The translations under genes and the position numbers were made by a program. Positions 1-8,398 of a stretch of 64,000 nucleotides of DNA are shown piece by piece. The notes under the pieces were generated by a model. It was given only the letters and a program-made list of their open reading frames with translations. It searched no databases and was not told the origin of the DNA. The stretch spans positions 31,389 through 95,388 of the forward strand of contig JAFARO010000016.1 in assembly GCA_019245415.1 (NCBI GenBank). Reading direction: 5' to 3'. The DNA is from Alphaproteobacteria bacterium. GTDB lineage: Bacteria > Pseudomonadota > Alphaproteobacteria > Micropepsales > Micropepsaceae. Position 1 is the first letter of the stretch; each line of letters starts with the position of its first letter.

Positions 1-356
1 TGATCCAGCCCCTCGAAGCGGCCGCAGAGCAGGATGGCACCCGGGCCTTCGCTCAGGGATTTCACGCGCGACTGCGTCAGCGGCGTGCCCCGCGGCGAAA
101 GATAGATGAGCGGGCGCCCTCTCTTATCCACCGCGTCGAGCGCGGCGCAGGCCACATCGGCGCGCATCACCATGCCGGCTCCGCCGCCGGCCGGAGTGTC
201 GTCGATGCTGCGGTGCCTGCCGATGCCGTGATCGCGGATGCCGCGGACGTCCAGCGACCAAAGGTGCTTCTGCCGGGCCTTGCCGAGCAGCGACACGTCC
301 AGCGGCCCCGGAAACATCTCCGGGAAGAGCGTGAGGACGGTGGCGGACCAGGTCAT
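1..356 (-). CDS. trmD: tRNA (guanine-N1)-methyltransferase, 5' part (runs off window start)
   Basis: Own translation [19 protein letters not shown]...[17 protein letters not shown]...LCGRFEGLD; position downstream of rimM. Confidence 0.95.
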   Translation of the reverse strand, partial: MTWSATVLTLFPEMFPGPLDVSLLGKARQKHLWSLDVRGIRDHGIGRHRSIDDTPAGGGAGMVMRADVACAALDAVDKRGRPLIYLSPRGTPLTQSRVKSLSEGPGAILLCGRFEGLD

Positions 357-376
357 TGCCAGAACTGCGTCGCGCC

Positions 377-529
377 GCCCTTCGAGGCTTCGCGCGCGTC
401 ATGCTGAGGTGCGAGCGCCCTTGGTCTCGCGTCATCCTGAGGTGCGAGCGTAGCGAGCCTCGAAGGATGACGCTCGCTCAGGGCGGCGGCGAGCCTCGAA
501 GCACGCGCGCGAAGCACCTCAGGGTGACG
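377..529. repeat. Composite REP/BIME-like palindromic array (CGTCATCCTGAGG...CCTCGAAGGATGACG family)
   Basis: Nested inverted repeats; near reverse-complement homolog of 36027-36250. Confidence 0.85.
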
Positions 530-555
530 GCGTGCTAGGAGGAACGTGCAATTCA

Positions 556-1014
556 TCACAGCTCTTTCTTGAAGCCGAAATGGCTCTGCTCGAAGCCGAG
601 GCGGCGGTAGAAGAGATGGGCGCGGGTGCGCCGCTTGTCGGAGGTGAGCTGCACAAGCCCGCAGCCGCCCTCCCTGGCCCGCCTGATCGCTTCCTTCATC
701 AGCGCCGTGCCGATCGCATGTCCGCGCAAGCGCGAGGCGACGCGCACGCTTTCGATGATCGCGCGCTTGGTGCCCTTGCGCGACAGGCCGGGCACGAAGA
801 CGAGCTGCAGCGCGCCCACCACCTGGCCGTCCTGTTCGGCCAGCAGCATCTTGTTGAAGTGCTCGCCCTGCATCGCGGCGAAAGCCTGCGCATAGCCCTC
901 GGCGGCGCCCGGGCTGGCCTGCTCGCGGTTCTCGGCGAACTCGTCGTCGGCGAGCAGCGCCACGATGGCCGCAAGGTCCTTGTCTTCCGCAAGACGGAAA
1001 GTGACGTCGCTCAT
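556..1014 (-). CDS. GNAT family N-acetyltransferase
   Basis: VRVASRLRGHAIGTALM (motif A, R-x-x-G-x-G/A) and AHLFYRRLGF; ATGA overlap with rimM stop. Confidence 0.9.
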   Translation of the reverse strand: MSDVTFRLAEDKDLAAIVALLADDEFAENREQASPGAAEGYAQAFAAMQGEHFNKMLLAEQDGQVVGALQLVFVPGLSRKGTKRAIIESVRVASRLRGHAIGTALMKEAIRRAREGGCGLVQLTSDKRRTRAHLFYRRLGFEQSHFGFKKEL

Positions 1015-1553
1015 TCCACGCTTCCTTCTTCGCCCGCTTCGACTTCCTCCGGCACCGCGATCACCACCCGCCCGGCCGCAACATCGACCACGGGAACGAA
1101 GTCGCGCGCGAAAGGCAGCATCACGGTATCGTCCGGTCCGCGCGCGATCTCGATGACGTCGCCGGCGCCATAGTTGTGAATGGCGAGCACCTTGCCGATG
1201 ACGCGGCCTTCTTCATCCATTGCCGTGAGGCCTATCAGATCGGCGCGATAGTACTCCTCGCGCGCCGGTTCGGGCAGTGCCGTGCGCGCGACGAACAATT
1301 CAAGTCCCTTGAGGCTTTCGGCCGTGGCGCGGTCGAGCACTTCGGCGAAAGTCACATGCGCCTCGCCCGGCTTGGCCTCTTTGATCTTCGATATGGTGAA
1401 GACGCGGCCGTCGCGCGCATGCAATCGCTTGTAGGCGGCGAGGGCAGACAGGTCTTCTGTGAAGACCTTCGCCCGCACCTCCCCCTTCAGCCCATGTGCG
1501 CCGATCAACGCAGCCATGAGGACGTCGCGTGCGCTTCGAGGCGCGGCCGTCAT
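1011..1553 (-). CDS. rimM: Ribosome maturation factor RimM
   Basis: IGAHGLKGEV, EYYRADLIGL, NYGAGDVIEI, MLPF PRC-barrel motifs; between rpsP and trmD; start chosen at MTAAPR (track ORF start 1997 is spurious). Confidence 0.93.
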   Translation of the reverse strand: MTAAPRSARDVLMAALIGAHGLKGEVRAKVFTEDLSALAAYKRLHARDGRVFTISKIKEAKPGEAHVTFAEVLDRATAESLKGLELFVARTALPEPAREEYYRADLIGLTAMDEEGRVIGKVLAIHNYGAGDVIEIARGPDDTVMLPFARDFVPVVDVAAGRVVIAVPEEVEAGEEGSVE

Positions 1554-1610
1554 GGCGAGGCGCTCCGCGAAACGGAGCCTCGAACCACGGCCGCGCAGCT
1601 CAGCATGACG
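1548..1610. repeat. REP-like palindrome overlapping rimM start
   Basis: CGTCATG...CATGACG termini with internal GAGG/CCTCGAA, related to the 377-529 family. Confidence 0.7.
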
Positions 1611-1621
1611 CGCCCTCGGAA

Positions 1622-1981
1622 TTACGCCGCGGGCGCCTCGGCGGAGCCGGCCGCCTTGGCAGCCGCAGCCGCGCGTTCCTGCGCCTTTTTGCGGGGCTTG
1701 GCCTTGTTGGGATTGTTGTGGACGCGCGCCTTCGCCACGCCGGCATCGGACAGGAAGCGGTGCACGCGATCCGACGCGACCGCGCCCTTGGCGATCCAGG
1801 CCTTGGCCTTGTCGAGATCGAGCTTGAGGCGGTCGGCATGCTCGCGCGGCAGGAGCGGATTGTAGAAGCCGATCTTCTCGATGAAACGGCCGTCGCGCGG
1901 GCTGCGCGAGTCGGAGATGACGATCGAATAATGCGGCCGCTTCTTGGTGCCGCCGCGCGCCAGCCGGATTCTCAAAGCCAT
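1622..1981 (-). CDS. rpsP: 30S ribosomal protein S16
   Basis: [38 protein letters not shown]. Confidence 0.98.
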   Translation of the reverse strand: MALRIRLARGGTKKRPHYSIVISDSRSPRDGRFIEKIGFYNPLLPREHADRLKLDLDKAKAWIAKGAVASDRVHRFLSDAGVAKARVHNNPNKAKPRKKAQERAAAAAKAAGSAEAPAA

Positions 1982-2014
1982 GATGTGTTCCTTTCACGAG
2001 TTAAGAAGATTTCG

Positions 2015-2081
2015 CTCGCGGAGGCGCGCAGGACACGGGGTCCTCGATCGCCTTCTGCGCCACTCCGCGTCTCCGCGTGAG
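2015..2081. repeat. REP-like palindrome (CGCGGAG...CTCCGCG family)
   Basis: Terminal inverted repeat CTCGCGGAGGCGCG / CTCCGCGTCTCCGCGTGAG; same family as 61026-61092. Confidence 0.7.
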
Positions 2082-2087
2082 ATTTTC

Positions 2088-3458
2088 TCATCGCCGGCCG
2101 CCCGGCATCATGGGCGGCATGCCGCCGCCGAACATGGAGGCGAGCCCCTGCAATGCGCGGCCGCCCTTGCCCATCTTCTTCATCACGTCGGACATCTGGC
2201 GGTGCATCTTGAGCAGCTTGTTGACTTCGCTGACCTCGACCCCGGAGCCGGCGGCGATGCGCTTGCGGCGCGAGCCGTTGATGACGTCGGGATTGCGCCG
2301 CTCCTGGCGCGTCATGGATTGGATGATCGCTTCCTGGCGCGTGAGCAGCCTGTCGTCCAGGCCGGCGGCGTCGAGCTGGCCCTTGACCTTGCCCACGCCG
2401 GGCAGCATCGACAGCACGCCCTGCATGCCGCCCAGCTTCTTCATCTGGCGCAACTGCTCGGCGAGATCGTCCATGTCGAACGATCCCTTCTTCATCTTGG
2501 CCGCGATCTTCTCGGCCTTTTCCTTGTCGAGGGTCTCGGCCGCCTTCTCGACCAGCGACACCACATCGCCCATGTCGAGGATGCGCGCCGCGACGCGCGC
2601 CGGATGGAACGCCTCGAGCGCGTCGAGCTTCTCGCCCACGCCCAGGAATTTGATCGGCGCGCCGGTCACCGCGCGCATCGACAGCGCCGCGCCGCCGCGC
2701 GCATCGCCGTCGGCGCGCGTCAGGATGATGCCGGAGAGCGGCACGCGCTCATTGAACGTCTTGGCGATGTTGACCGCGTCCTGGCCGGTCAGGCTGTCGG
2801 CGACGAGCAGGGTCTCGTGCGGCTTGGCGAGATCGCGGATCTGGGCGACCTCGCTCATCAGCTGCTCGTCGACATGCTGGCGGCCGGCGGTGTCGAGGAT
2901 GAGCACGTCGTAGCCGCCGACTTTGGCCGAGGCCATCGCGCGGCGCGCGATCTCGACGGGCGTCTGGCCCGCGACCACGGGAAGCGTGGCAACGCCGGCC
3001 TGCTCGCCCAGCACGCGCAGCTGCTCCATCGCCGCGGGGCGCGAGACGTCGAGCGACGCCATCAGCACCTTTTTCTTCTCGCGCGTCTGGAGCATCAGGC
3101 CGAGCTTGGCGGAGGTGGTGGTCTTGCCCGAGCCTTGCAGCCCCACCATCAGCACCGATGCCGGCGGCGCGCCCAGCGCCAGCGCGGCGTTCTCGCTGCC
3201 CAGGGTTTCGATCAGCGCGTCATGGACGATCTTGACGATCTGCTGGCCCGGGGTGACCGAGCGGATGACGCTTTCGCCCACCGCCTGCGGGCGCACCTTG
3301 TCGATGAAATCCTTGACCACCGGCAGCGCGACATCGGCCTCGATCAGCGCCGCGCGGATGTCCTTCAGCCCCTCTTCGACGTCGCCCTCGGACAATGCGC
3401 CGCGCCCGCGCATGCGGTCGAAGGTGGCGCCGAGCCGGGACTGAAGAGAGTCGAACAT
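2088..3458 (-). CDS. ffh: Signal recognition particle protein Ffh
   Basis: GLQGSGKTTT, DTAGR, DGDARGG, M-domain. Confidence 0.98.
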   Translation of the reverse strand: MFDSLQSRLGATFDRMRGRGALSEGDVEEGLKDIRAALIEADVALPVVKDFIDKVRPQAVGESVIRSVTPGQQIVKIVHDALIETLGSENAALALGAPPASVLMVGLQGSGKTTTSAKLGLMLQTREKKKVLMASLDVSRPAAMEQLRVLGEQAGVATLPVVAGQTPVEIARRAMASAKVGGYDVLILDTAGRQHVDEQLMSEVAQIRDLAKPHETLLVADSLTGQDAVNIAKTFNERVPLSGIILTRADGDARGGAALSMRAVTGAPIKFLGVGEKLDALEAFHPARVAARILDMGDVVSLVEKAAETLDKEKAEKIAAKMKKGSFDMDDLAEQLRQMKKLGGMQGVLSMLPGVGKVKGQLDAAGLDDRLLTRQEAIIQSMTRQERRNPDVINGSRRKRIAAGSGVEVSEVNKLLKMHRQMSDVMKKMGKGGRALQGLASMFGGGMPPMMPGGRR

Positions 3459-3474
3459 TTTCTTCCATCAAGAC

Positions 3475-3553
3475 CGTCATCGCCCGGCTTGTCCGGGCGA
3501 CCCATTTTCCAGCGGCTGGAAAAATGGATCACCCGCATCCGCGGGTGACGACG
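3475..3553. repeat. REP-like double hairpin (GTCATCGCCCG...CGGGCGATGAC family)
   Basis: Two hairpins flanking an A/T-rich core; further copies at 3748, 54506, 58187. Confidence 0.85.
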
Positions 3554-3665
3554 GGTGTAAGAGGCACCCAAAGCACGAACGCCCCAGGGGGCGCACCTGC
3601 GCTGCCTGGGGGCGATCCCCCGCGCCGGGCGAGGGACCGGAAGTCCTTTAGGGCTTCCGGAAGCG
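3554..3665 (-). ncRNA. Putative ffh leader RNA (alphaproteobacterial ffh 5'UTR motif)
   Basis: Between a sigma70-like promoter and ffh; hairpins CCGGAAG/CTTCCGG, GCCCCCAGG/CCTGGGGCG, GGGTG/CACCC; match to the known ffh leader is from recollection, not a covariance-model search. Confidence 0.55.
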
Positions 3666-3670
3666 GGCGG

Positions 3671-3699
3671 GTTTTAGGTGAGCTTCCCGATCAAGTCAA
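3671..3699 (-). promoter_or_regulatory. sigma70-type promoter for ffh
   Basis: TTGACT (3699-3694)-N17-TAAAAC (3676-3671) on minus strand. Confidence 0.7.
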
Positions 3700-3747
3700 A
3701 TGCAGCGGGGTGACGGAGCAGTTGTCGAAGCCTCATCTTCGAAATTT

Positions 3748-3828
3748 CGTCATCGCCCGCTTCCTGCGGGCGATCCAATTTTATTCCGCTTCGGAAAATG
3801 GGTTACCCGGACAAGCCGGGCAATGACA
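3748..3828. repeat. REP-like double hairpin (GTCATCGCCCG family), inverted relative to 3475 copy
   Basis: CGTCATCGCCCGC...CCCGGACAAGCCGGGCAATGACA. Confidence 0.85.
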
Positions 3829-3880
3829 AAAAAGGGGATTGCACCAGAGCTGCACACATTCACGGGTCAGATACCAAAAT

Positions 3881-4264
3881 CTACGTCGCTCCCGTCGTCG
3901 TCCCCGTCCCGCCGCCGGACGGCAACGCTGCGCCGATGGCGTTGCTGATCGCGGTCCACAGCGCGCCGACGAGCGCGTTCCATACTTTCTCGACGGTGAC
4001 GACCACTAGGCCCTTGAGCGTGTTGGCGAAGTTGATGGCGGAGTCCTTGAGCGTCTGCAGAAAATAGTCGCGCATCTCGGTGCTCAGGTCGCCCGACAAG
4101 GTCGCCGCGGCGATCCACTTGGCCTGCTGCGCCATGGCGGCAAGCTGGCGCTCGGAATAGCCCTCGATGGTGGTGACGTCCTGCTGGATGATGCCGCTGG
4201 CAACCGTCTTGAGGTTGGCGATGAGCTGGTTCACGTCGATGGGGGTGGTTGGCATGGCCGTCAT
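3881..4264 (-). CDS. Hypothetical amphipathic helical protein (127 aa)
   Basis: Clean ORF with coding-like GC3 pattern, 3 nt downstream of the lipoprotein gene; hydrophobic C-terminal helix. Confidence 0.8.
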   Translation of the reverse strand: MTAMPTTPIDVNQLIANLKTVASGIIQQDVTTIEGYSERQLAAMAQQAKWIAAATLSGDLSTEMRDYFLQTLKDSAINFANTLKGLVVVTVEKVWNALVGALWTAISNAIGAALPSGGGTGTTTGAT

Positions 4265-4267
4265 CCT

Positions 4268-4819
4268 TCAGCGCTTGAGCGCCATCTCGTAGGTGAGCGC
4301 GCTGTCGAAATTCTGCGTATAGGCGTTCTGGAAGCCGCAGATCAGTGCGGGGTCCAGCGTCGCCGAGCTGCAGCCCACGGTCACCGCCTTGAATCCGCTC
4401 TTCTGGTCCTCGTCGCGCATCTTGGTGAGGACCGAAACGATGGTCTCCAGGCTGCCCTTGGTCGGCGCCGATTCCAGCACCTTCTTCCATTCGGCCAGTG
4501 TCTGCGAATCCGGCAACGAACCCGTCCACAGCGGCTGCGGCATCGGCCGCGCGCTGACTTGCGATTCCAGCGCCGAGAACTGGCCGATCAGTCCGTTGTA
4601 GGTGGCCTGGCGCTGCGCCACGAAGGTGTCGGCCGTCACGCCGGAAGAGAGGGTGGCGAACAGGGTCAAGGTCTGGGTGTTGGCGGCGTTGAGGCCGTCG
4701 ACGATGCTCTGGCTGTAGCTGGGCGCAAGCTGCGTCGCGCAGCCGCACAGCAAGACGAAAATCAGCGTTGCGGCAGAGCGCGCCGCGATCCTGGCCAGGC
4801 CCAAAGCTTCCTCCCCCAT
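4268..4819 (-). CDS. Hypothetical lipoprotein
   Basis: Hydrophobic signal ending in lipobox-like LLCG-C (ATLIFVLLCGCATQ); exact start uncertain. Confidence 0.8.
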   Translation of the reverse strand: MGEEALGLARIAARSAATLIFVLLCGCATQLAPSYSQSIVDGLNAANTQTLTLFATLSSGVTADTFVAQRQATYNGLIGQFSALESQVSARPMPQPLWTGSLPDSQTLAEWKKVLESAPTKGSLETIVSVLTKMRDEDQKSGFKAVTVGCSSATLDPALICGFQNAYTQNFDSALTYEMALKR

Positions 4820-4885
4820 TGGCGGCTAAACCATATATCGAAGTAGTAGGAAATCAACCTAAAGCGCCCGTTGCGCGAACCAACC

Positions 4886-5332
4886 TCACTCGAAAACCCG
4901 CGCCAATACCTTCATGCACTCCGCGCTTTTGATTCGCCGGGAACGAACATCGTACTCGATTTCAAGAATGGGGCATGAACCCTTTCCGCCAGTGTAGAGG
5001 GCGCCGCAGCCGATATGGACCATGGAACCCAATCCCGTCATCTTCAGTTCTTGATACTCCGACAGATCCGGATTGCGGGCGGCGTCTCGCGTCAGAAAAT
5101 CGCCAACGATAAGCGTGCCGTTGTTTGCGAGATCGTAATAGCGCACCCTATTCCGCGCCGGGACGATGCCCTTCGGCACAACCACGGAGTCCAATTTCGC
5201 TTCGACATCTGTGATATCGGGAGGCTGACATTTCCAGGCAGCGTTCGCGGCGGAGTCCGCGGAGTTGGTCGCTGCCAGCAATAGAGCGGCAATCAACGAA
5301 GCGCATAGTGTGCGGCTTCGATTTGTCTCCAT
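4886..5332 (-). CDS. Hypothetical secreted Cys-containing protein (148 aa)
   Basis: ATG overlaps the peptidase stop (ATGA); signal-like SLIAALLLAA; 4 Cys in mature part; visibly lower GC. Confidence 0.7.
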   Translation of the reverse strand: METNRSRTLCASLIAALLLAATNSADSAANAAWKCQPPDITDVEAKLDSVVVPKGIVPARNRVRYYDLANNGTLIVGDFLTRDAARNPDLSEYQELKMTGLGSMVHIGCGALYTGGKGSCPILEIEYDVRSRRIKSAECMKVLARVFE

Positions 5333-7443
5333 CAGTGCAATCCCAGCTTCTGCTTGAAGAATGTATAGCTCAGCGCCCACATGTCGGCCTGCGCCGCGTT
5401 CGTCGAGCCGGGGCCGTGGCCGCCTTCGGCCGCTTCGTTGAACAGCACGTCGTGGCCCTGGTCTTCCATCTTCGCGGCCATCATGCGCGCCCAGATCGGC
5501 GTCACGCGGTCGTCGCTGGTCTCGGTGATGAAGAGCACGGCCGGCGTCTTCATCTCGGGCCTGACGTTCTGATAGGCGGAATATTTTTCGATGAAGGCGC
5601 GTTCCTCCGGTTTGTCGGGATCGCCGTATTCCTCCACCCAGGACGCGCCGGCGCCGTAGCGCGTGTAGCGCAGCATGTCGACCAATGGCCGCTGCACCAC
5701 CACGGCGTTCAGAAGCTCGGGATGCTGCGTCATCGTCACGGTGGTGAGCACGCCGCCATTGGAGGCGCCCACGATGCCCAGATGTGCCGAGGTGGTGAAG
5801 CCGCGCGTCTCGAGATCTTTGGCCACCGCGGCGAAATCGTCGAACGCCTTCTGCCGGTTGGCTTTCAGCGCCGCCTGATGCCAGGCGGGACCGAACTCGC
5901 CGCCGCCGCGGATATTGGCGACCGCGAGCGCGCCGCCCTTGCTCAGCCAAACTTGGCCCGCATCGAGCGGACGATGGCCGTCGTTCCAATACCACGGCGT
6001 GAGCGAAAGCTCGAAGCCGCCATAGGAATAGAGAATGGTCGGCACGTCGCGGGTCAGGTCCTTCTTGTGGATCAGGAAGTACGGCACCTTCACGCCGTCG
6101 CTCGACGTCACCCAGAACTGATCGCTCGTCATGTCGGAGGCATCGAACAATGGCGGCTGCGATTTGATCGCGCGCGCCCTGCCCCGGCCGTCGAATTCGT
6201 AGAGGGTCGGCGGCACCAGAAAACTCTCATAGGTGAAGAGCGCCGCCGGACCCCAATCGTCGGCGCTGACCACGCCGGTCGAGCCGCCCTTGGGCAGATC
6301 GAGCGCCGTGTCGCTCCAGCCTTTCGCGGCCGGGCGAAAGACGTGAACGCTGCCGGTCACGTCGTGATAGAGCGCGGCATAGACCGCGTCGCGGCCCGGC
6401 TGAACGCTGTCGATCGTACCATGCGCGTCGGGTGCCGCCAGCAAGGCGATCTTCGTGCCTTTATGCGCGAGGAAGTCGCGCAGTCCAAAAGCGAGCAGCG
6501 AGCCCTGCATGTAGGTCGTGGCGCCGACCTGCCAGTCGTCGCGCAGGGTGAAAATCAGATTGCCCCTCGTCATGCCTTTCAGATCGGTCCCCAGCGGCAG
6601 CGGCAGCTTGGTCGTCGCGCCGTTCCCAGCCATGACGGAATATTCGTTGCTGAAGAAACTGACGCCGCGCTCGATCAGGACCGTCGCGCCGCGATTGGTG
6701 AGTCCGTCCGGTCCACGCAGGACTTCGGCGCGCACCGCGATGTCGTCGGGGCCGACTTCGAACACGGTCCTCGCAGCGGTGAGAGGCTGGCCGCGATGCC
6801 AGAGTTTCATGATCCGCGGATAGGACGACCTCGTCATCGTGCCGGGCCCGAAATCTGTCGCGAAGACGATGGTGTTGTCGTCGACGTAGGAGGCGCTCGA
6901 TTTGGCGGCGGGCAGCGCGAAGCCCGTATCGAGCAATTTGTGCGTCCTGGGATCGAACTCGCGCACTTCGGACGCGTCGCCGCCGCCGGGCGAGAGCCTG
7001 GCCAGGCAGCGCTTGCCCGAGGGCGTGCATTGCGCACCCTGGAACACCCAATCCTTGTGCTGTTCGGCGTCGAGCTTGTCGACGTCGAGCAGAACTTCCC
7101 ATGTCGGAACGTGCTTGCGGTACTCGGCGAGCGCCGCCCGCCGCCACAGCCCGCGCACATGCGCGGCGTCCTGCCAGAAATTGTAGAGCTTGCCGCGGTC
7201 GAGTTCGCCAGCGGGAATGCGGTCCTTGGTGTCGAGCGAGGCCAGGATCGCGGCGCGGTCGGCGGCGTAGGTGGGATCGGATTTGAGGACGGCGTCGCTC
7301 TTGGCGTCCTGGGTCTTCACCCAGGCCTGCGCTTTCTCGCCATGGATTTCGGCAAGCCAGAGATAGGGATCGTTGTCCTGCGCAGCATAGGCCGCCGCCG
7401 AAACGACCGCCGCCGCCATCGCCATCCCCATCGTCCGCCGCAT
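5332..7443 (-). CDS. Secreted prolyl oligopeptidase (S9A)
   Basis: Signal peptide, DPYLWL, YSYGGFELSL, NIRGGGEFG, GASNGG (Ser), SDDRV (Asp), GGHG (His). Confidence 0.93.
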   Translation of the reverse strand: MRRTMGMAMAAAVVSAAAYAAQDNDPYLWLAEIHGEKAQAWVKTQDAKSDAVLKSDPTYAADRAAILASLDTKDRIPAGELDRGKLYNFWQDAAHVRGLWRRAALAEYRKHVPTWEVLLDVDKLDAEQHKDWVFQGAQCTPSGKRCLARLSPGGGDASEVREFDPRTHKLLDTGFALPAAKSSASYVDDNTIVFATDFGPGTMTRSSYPRIMKLWHRGQPLTAARTVFEVGPDDIAVRAEVLRGPDGLTNRGATVLIERGVSFFSNEYSVMAGNGATTKLPLPLGTDLKGMTRGNLIFTLRDDWQVGATTYMQGSLLAFGLRDFLAHKGTKIALLAAPDAHGTIDSVQPGRDAVYAALYHDVTGSVHVFRPAAKGWSDTALDLPKGGSTGVVSADDWGPAALFTYESFLVPPTLYEFDGRGRARAIKSQPPLFDASDMTSDQFWVTSSDGVKVPYFLIHKKDLTRDVPTILYSYGGFELSLTPWYWNDGHRPLDAGQVWLSKGGALAVANIRGGGEFGPAWHQAALKANRQKAFDDFAAVAKDLETRGFTTSAHLGIVGASNGGVLTTVTMTQHPELLNAVVVQRPLVDMLRYTRYGAGASWVEEYGDPDKPEERAFIEKYSAYQNVRPEMKTPAVLFITETSDDRVTPIWARMMAAKMEDQGHDVLFNEAAEGGHGPGSTNAAQADMWALSYTFFKQKLGLH

Positions 7444-7537
7444 CGCGCACTCCTTCTAATCCCGGGGCCTTGTGCCACGGGAAAACGCGCCGGCGAAAGC
7501 CCTCGCGCGGGATCGTGATCGACCCTATATAGGCGCG

Positions 7538-8398
7538 ATGACGGCCTTCCTGAAAATGCACGGCCTGGGCAACGACTTCGTCGTCTTCGACGGACGCGGC
7601 GGCGGCTTCGCGCTCGACGGCACGACGGCGCGCGCGCTGGCCGACCGGCGCCTGGGCATCGGCTGCGACCAGGTGATCGTGATCCAGGACGGCGGCGGAG
7701 CCGCCGACGCCGCGATGCGCATCTTCAACGCCGACGGCGGCGAGGTGGAGAGCTGCGGCAATGCCGCGCGCTGCGTGGCGCGGCTGCTGATGGAAGAGAA
7801 GGACCGCAGTTCCGTGGCGATCGACACGCCCGGCGGCCTGCTCGCCTGCAGCGACGCCGGCCATGGCGCGGTGACCGTCGACATGGGGGCTCCGAAATTC
7901 GGCTGGCGCGACATCCCGTTGTCGCAGGCAACCGGCGACAAGACCCCGATCCAGCTTCCGCTCGATCTCTTTTTCGGCGAGCGCAACGAGCTGTGGGCCG
8001 CGACCGGTACGCCGGTTTCCGTCGGCAACCCGCATTTCGTGGTGCCGGTGGGGAATGCCGCGGCTACAGCGGTCTACGAATACGGTTCCCATCTCAGCAA
8101 ACATCCCACGTTTCCCCGCGGGACGAATGTCGAGTTCTTCAGCCCGCTCGGAAAGGATCGCATCCGCATGCGGGTCTTCGAACGCGGCGCTGGCGTCACG
8201 CGGGCCTGCGGCACCGGAGCGTGCGCCGCCGCGGTCGTCGCGCATCTGCGCGGCATGACGGGCCGCAAAACCGAAGTCGTGCTCGATGGCGGCTCGTTGT
8301 GGATCGAATGGCGCGAAAGCGACGAGCACATCGCGATGACCGGCCCGGCCAGCCTGTCGTTCCGGGGCGATGTCGCGCTCGAGGATTTTGCGCAGTGA
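7538..8398 (+). CDS. dapF: Diaminopimelate epimerase
   Basis: FLKMHGLGNDF, GIGCDQ, SCGNAARC, GNPH, ERGAG, ACGTGACA. Confidence 0.96.
   Translation: MTAFLKMHGLGNDFVVFDGRGGGFALDGTTARALADRRLGIGCDQVIVIQDGGGAADAAMRIFNADGGEVESCGNAARCVARLLMEEKDRSSVAIDTPGGLLACSDAGHGAVTVDMGAPKFGWRDIPLSQATGDKTPIQLPLDLFFGERNELWAATGTPVSVGNPHFVVPVGNAAATAVYEYGSHLSKHPTFPRGTNVEFFSPLGKDRIRMRVFERGAGVTRACGTGACAAAVVAHLRGMTGRKTEVVLDGGSLWIEWRESDEHIAMTGPASLSFRGDVALEDFAQ

Noticed and set aside
124-559. Track ORFs across the REP array (124-435, 238-453, 353-559, 356-538)
   Set aside because: They translate palindromic repeat DNA and overlap trmD; no domain motifs.
1554-1997. Extended N-terminus of RimM (track ORF to 1997)
   Set aside because: Overlaps rpsP in another frame; RimM homology starts near 1553.
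1944-3548. Long plus-strand ORFs antisense to ffh (and similar shadows such as 5308-7518, 40465-42222, 44327-46243, 58272-60065)
   Set aside because: Typical stop-poor antisense frames of high-GC genes; the minus-strand proteins carry the recognisable motifs.
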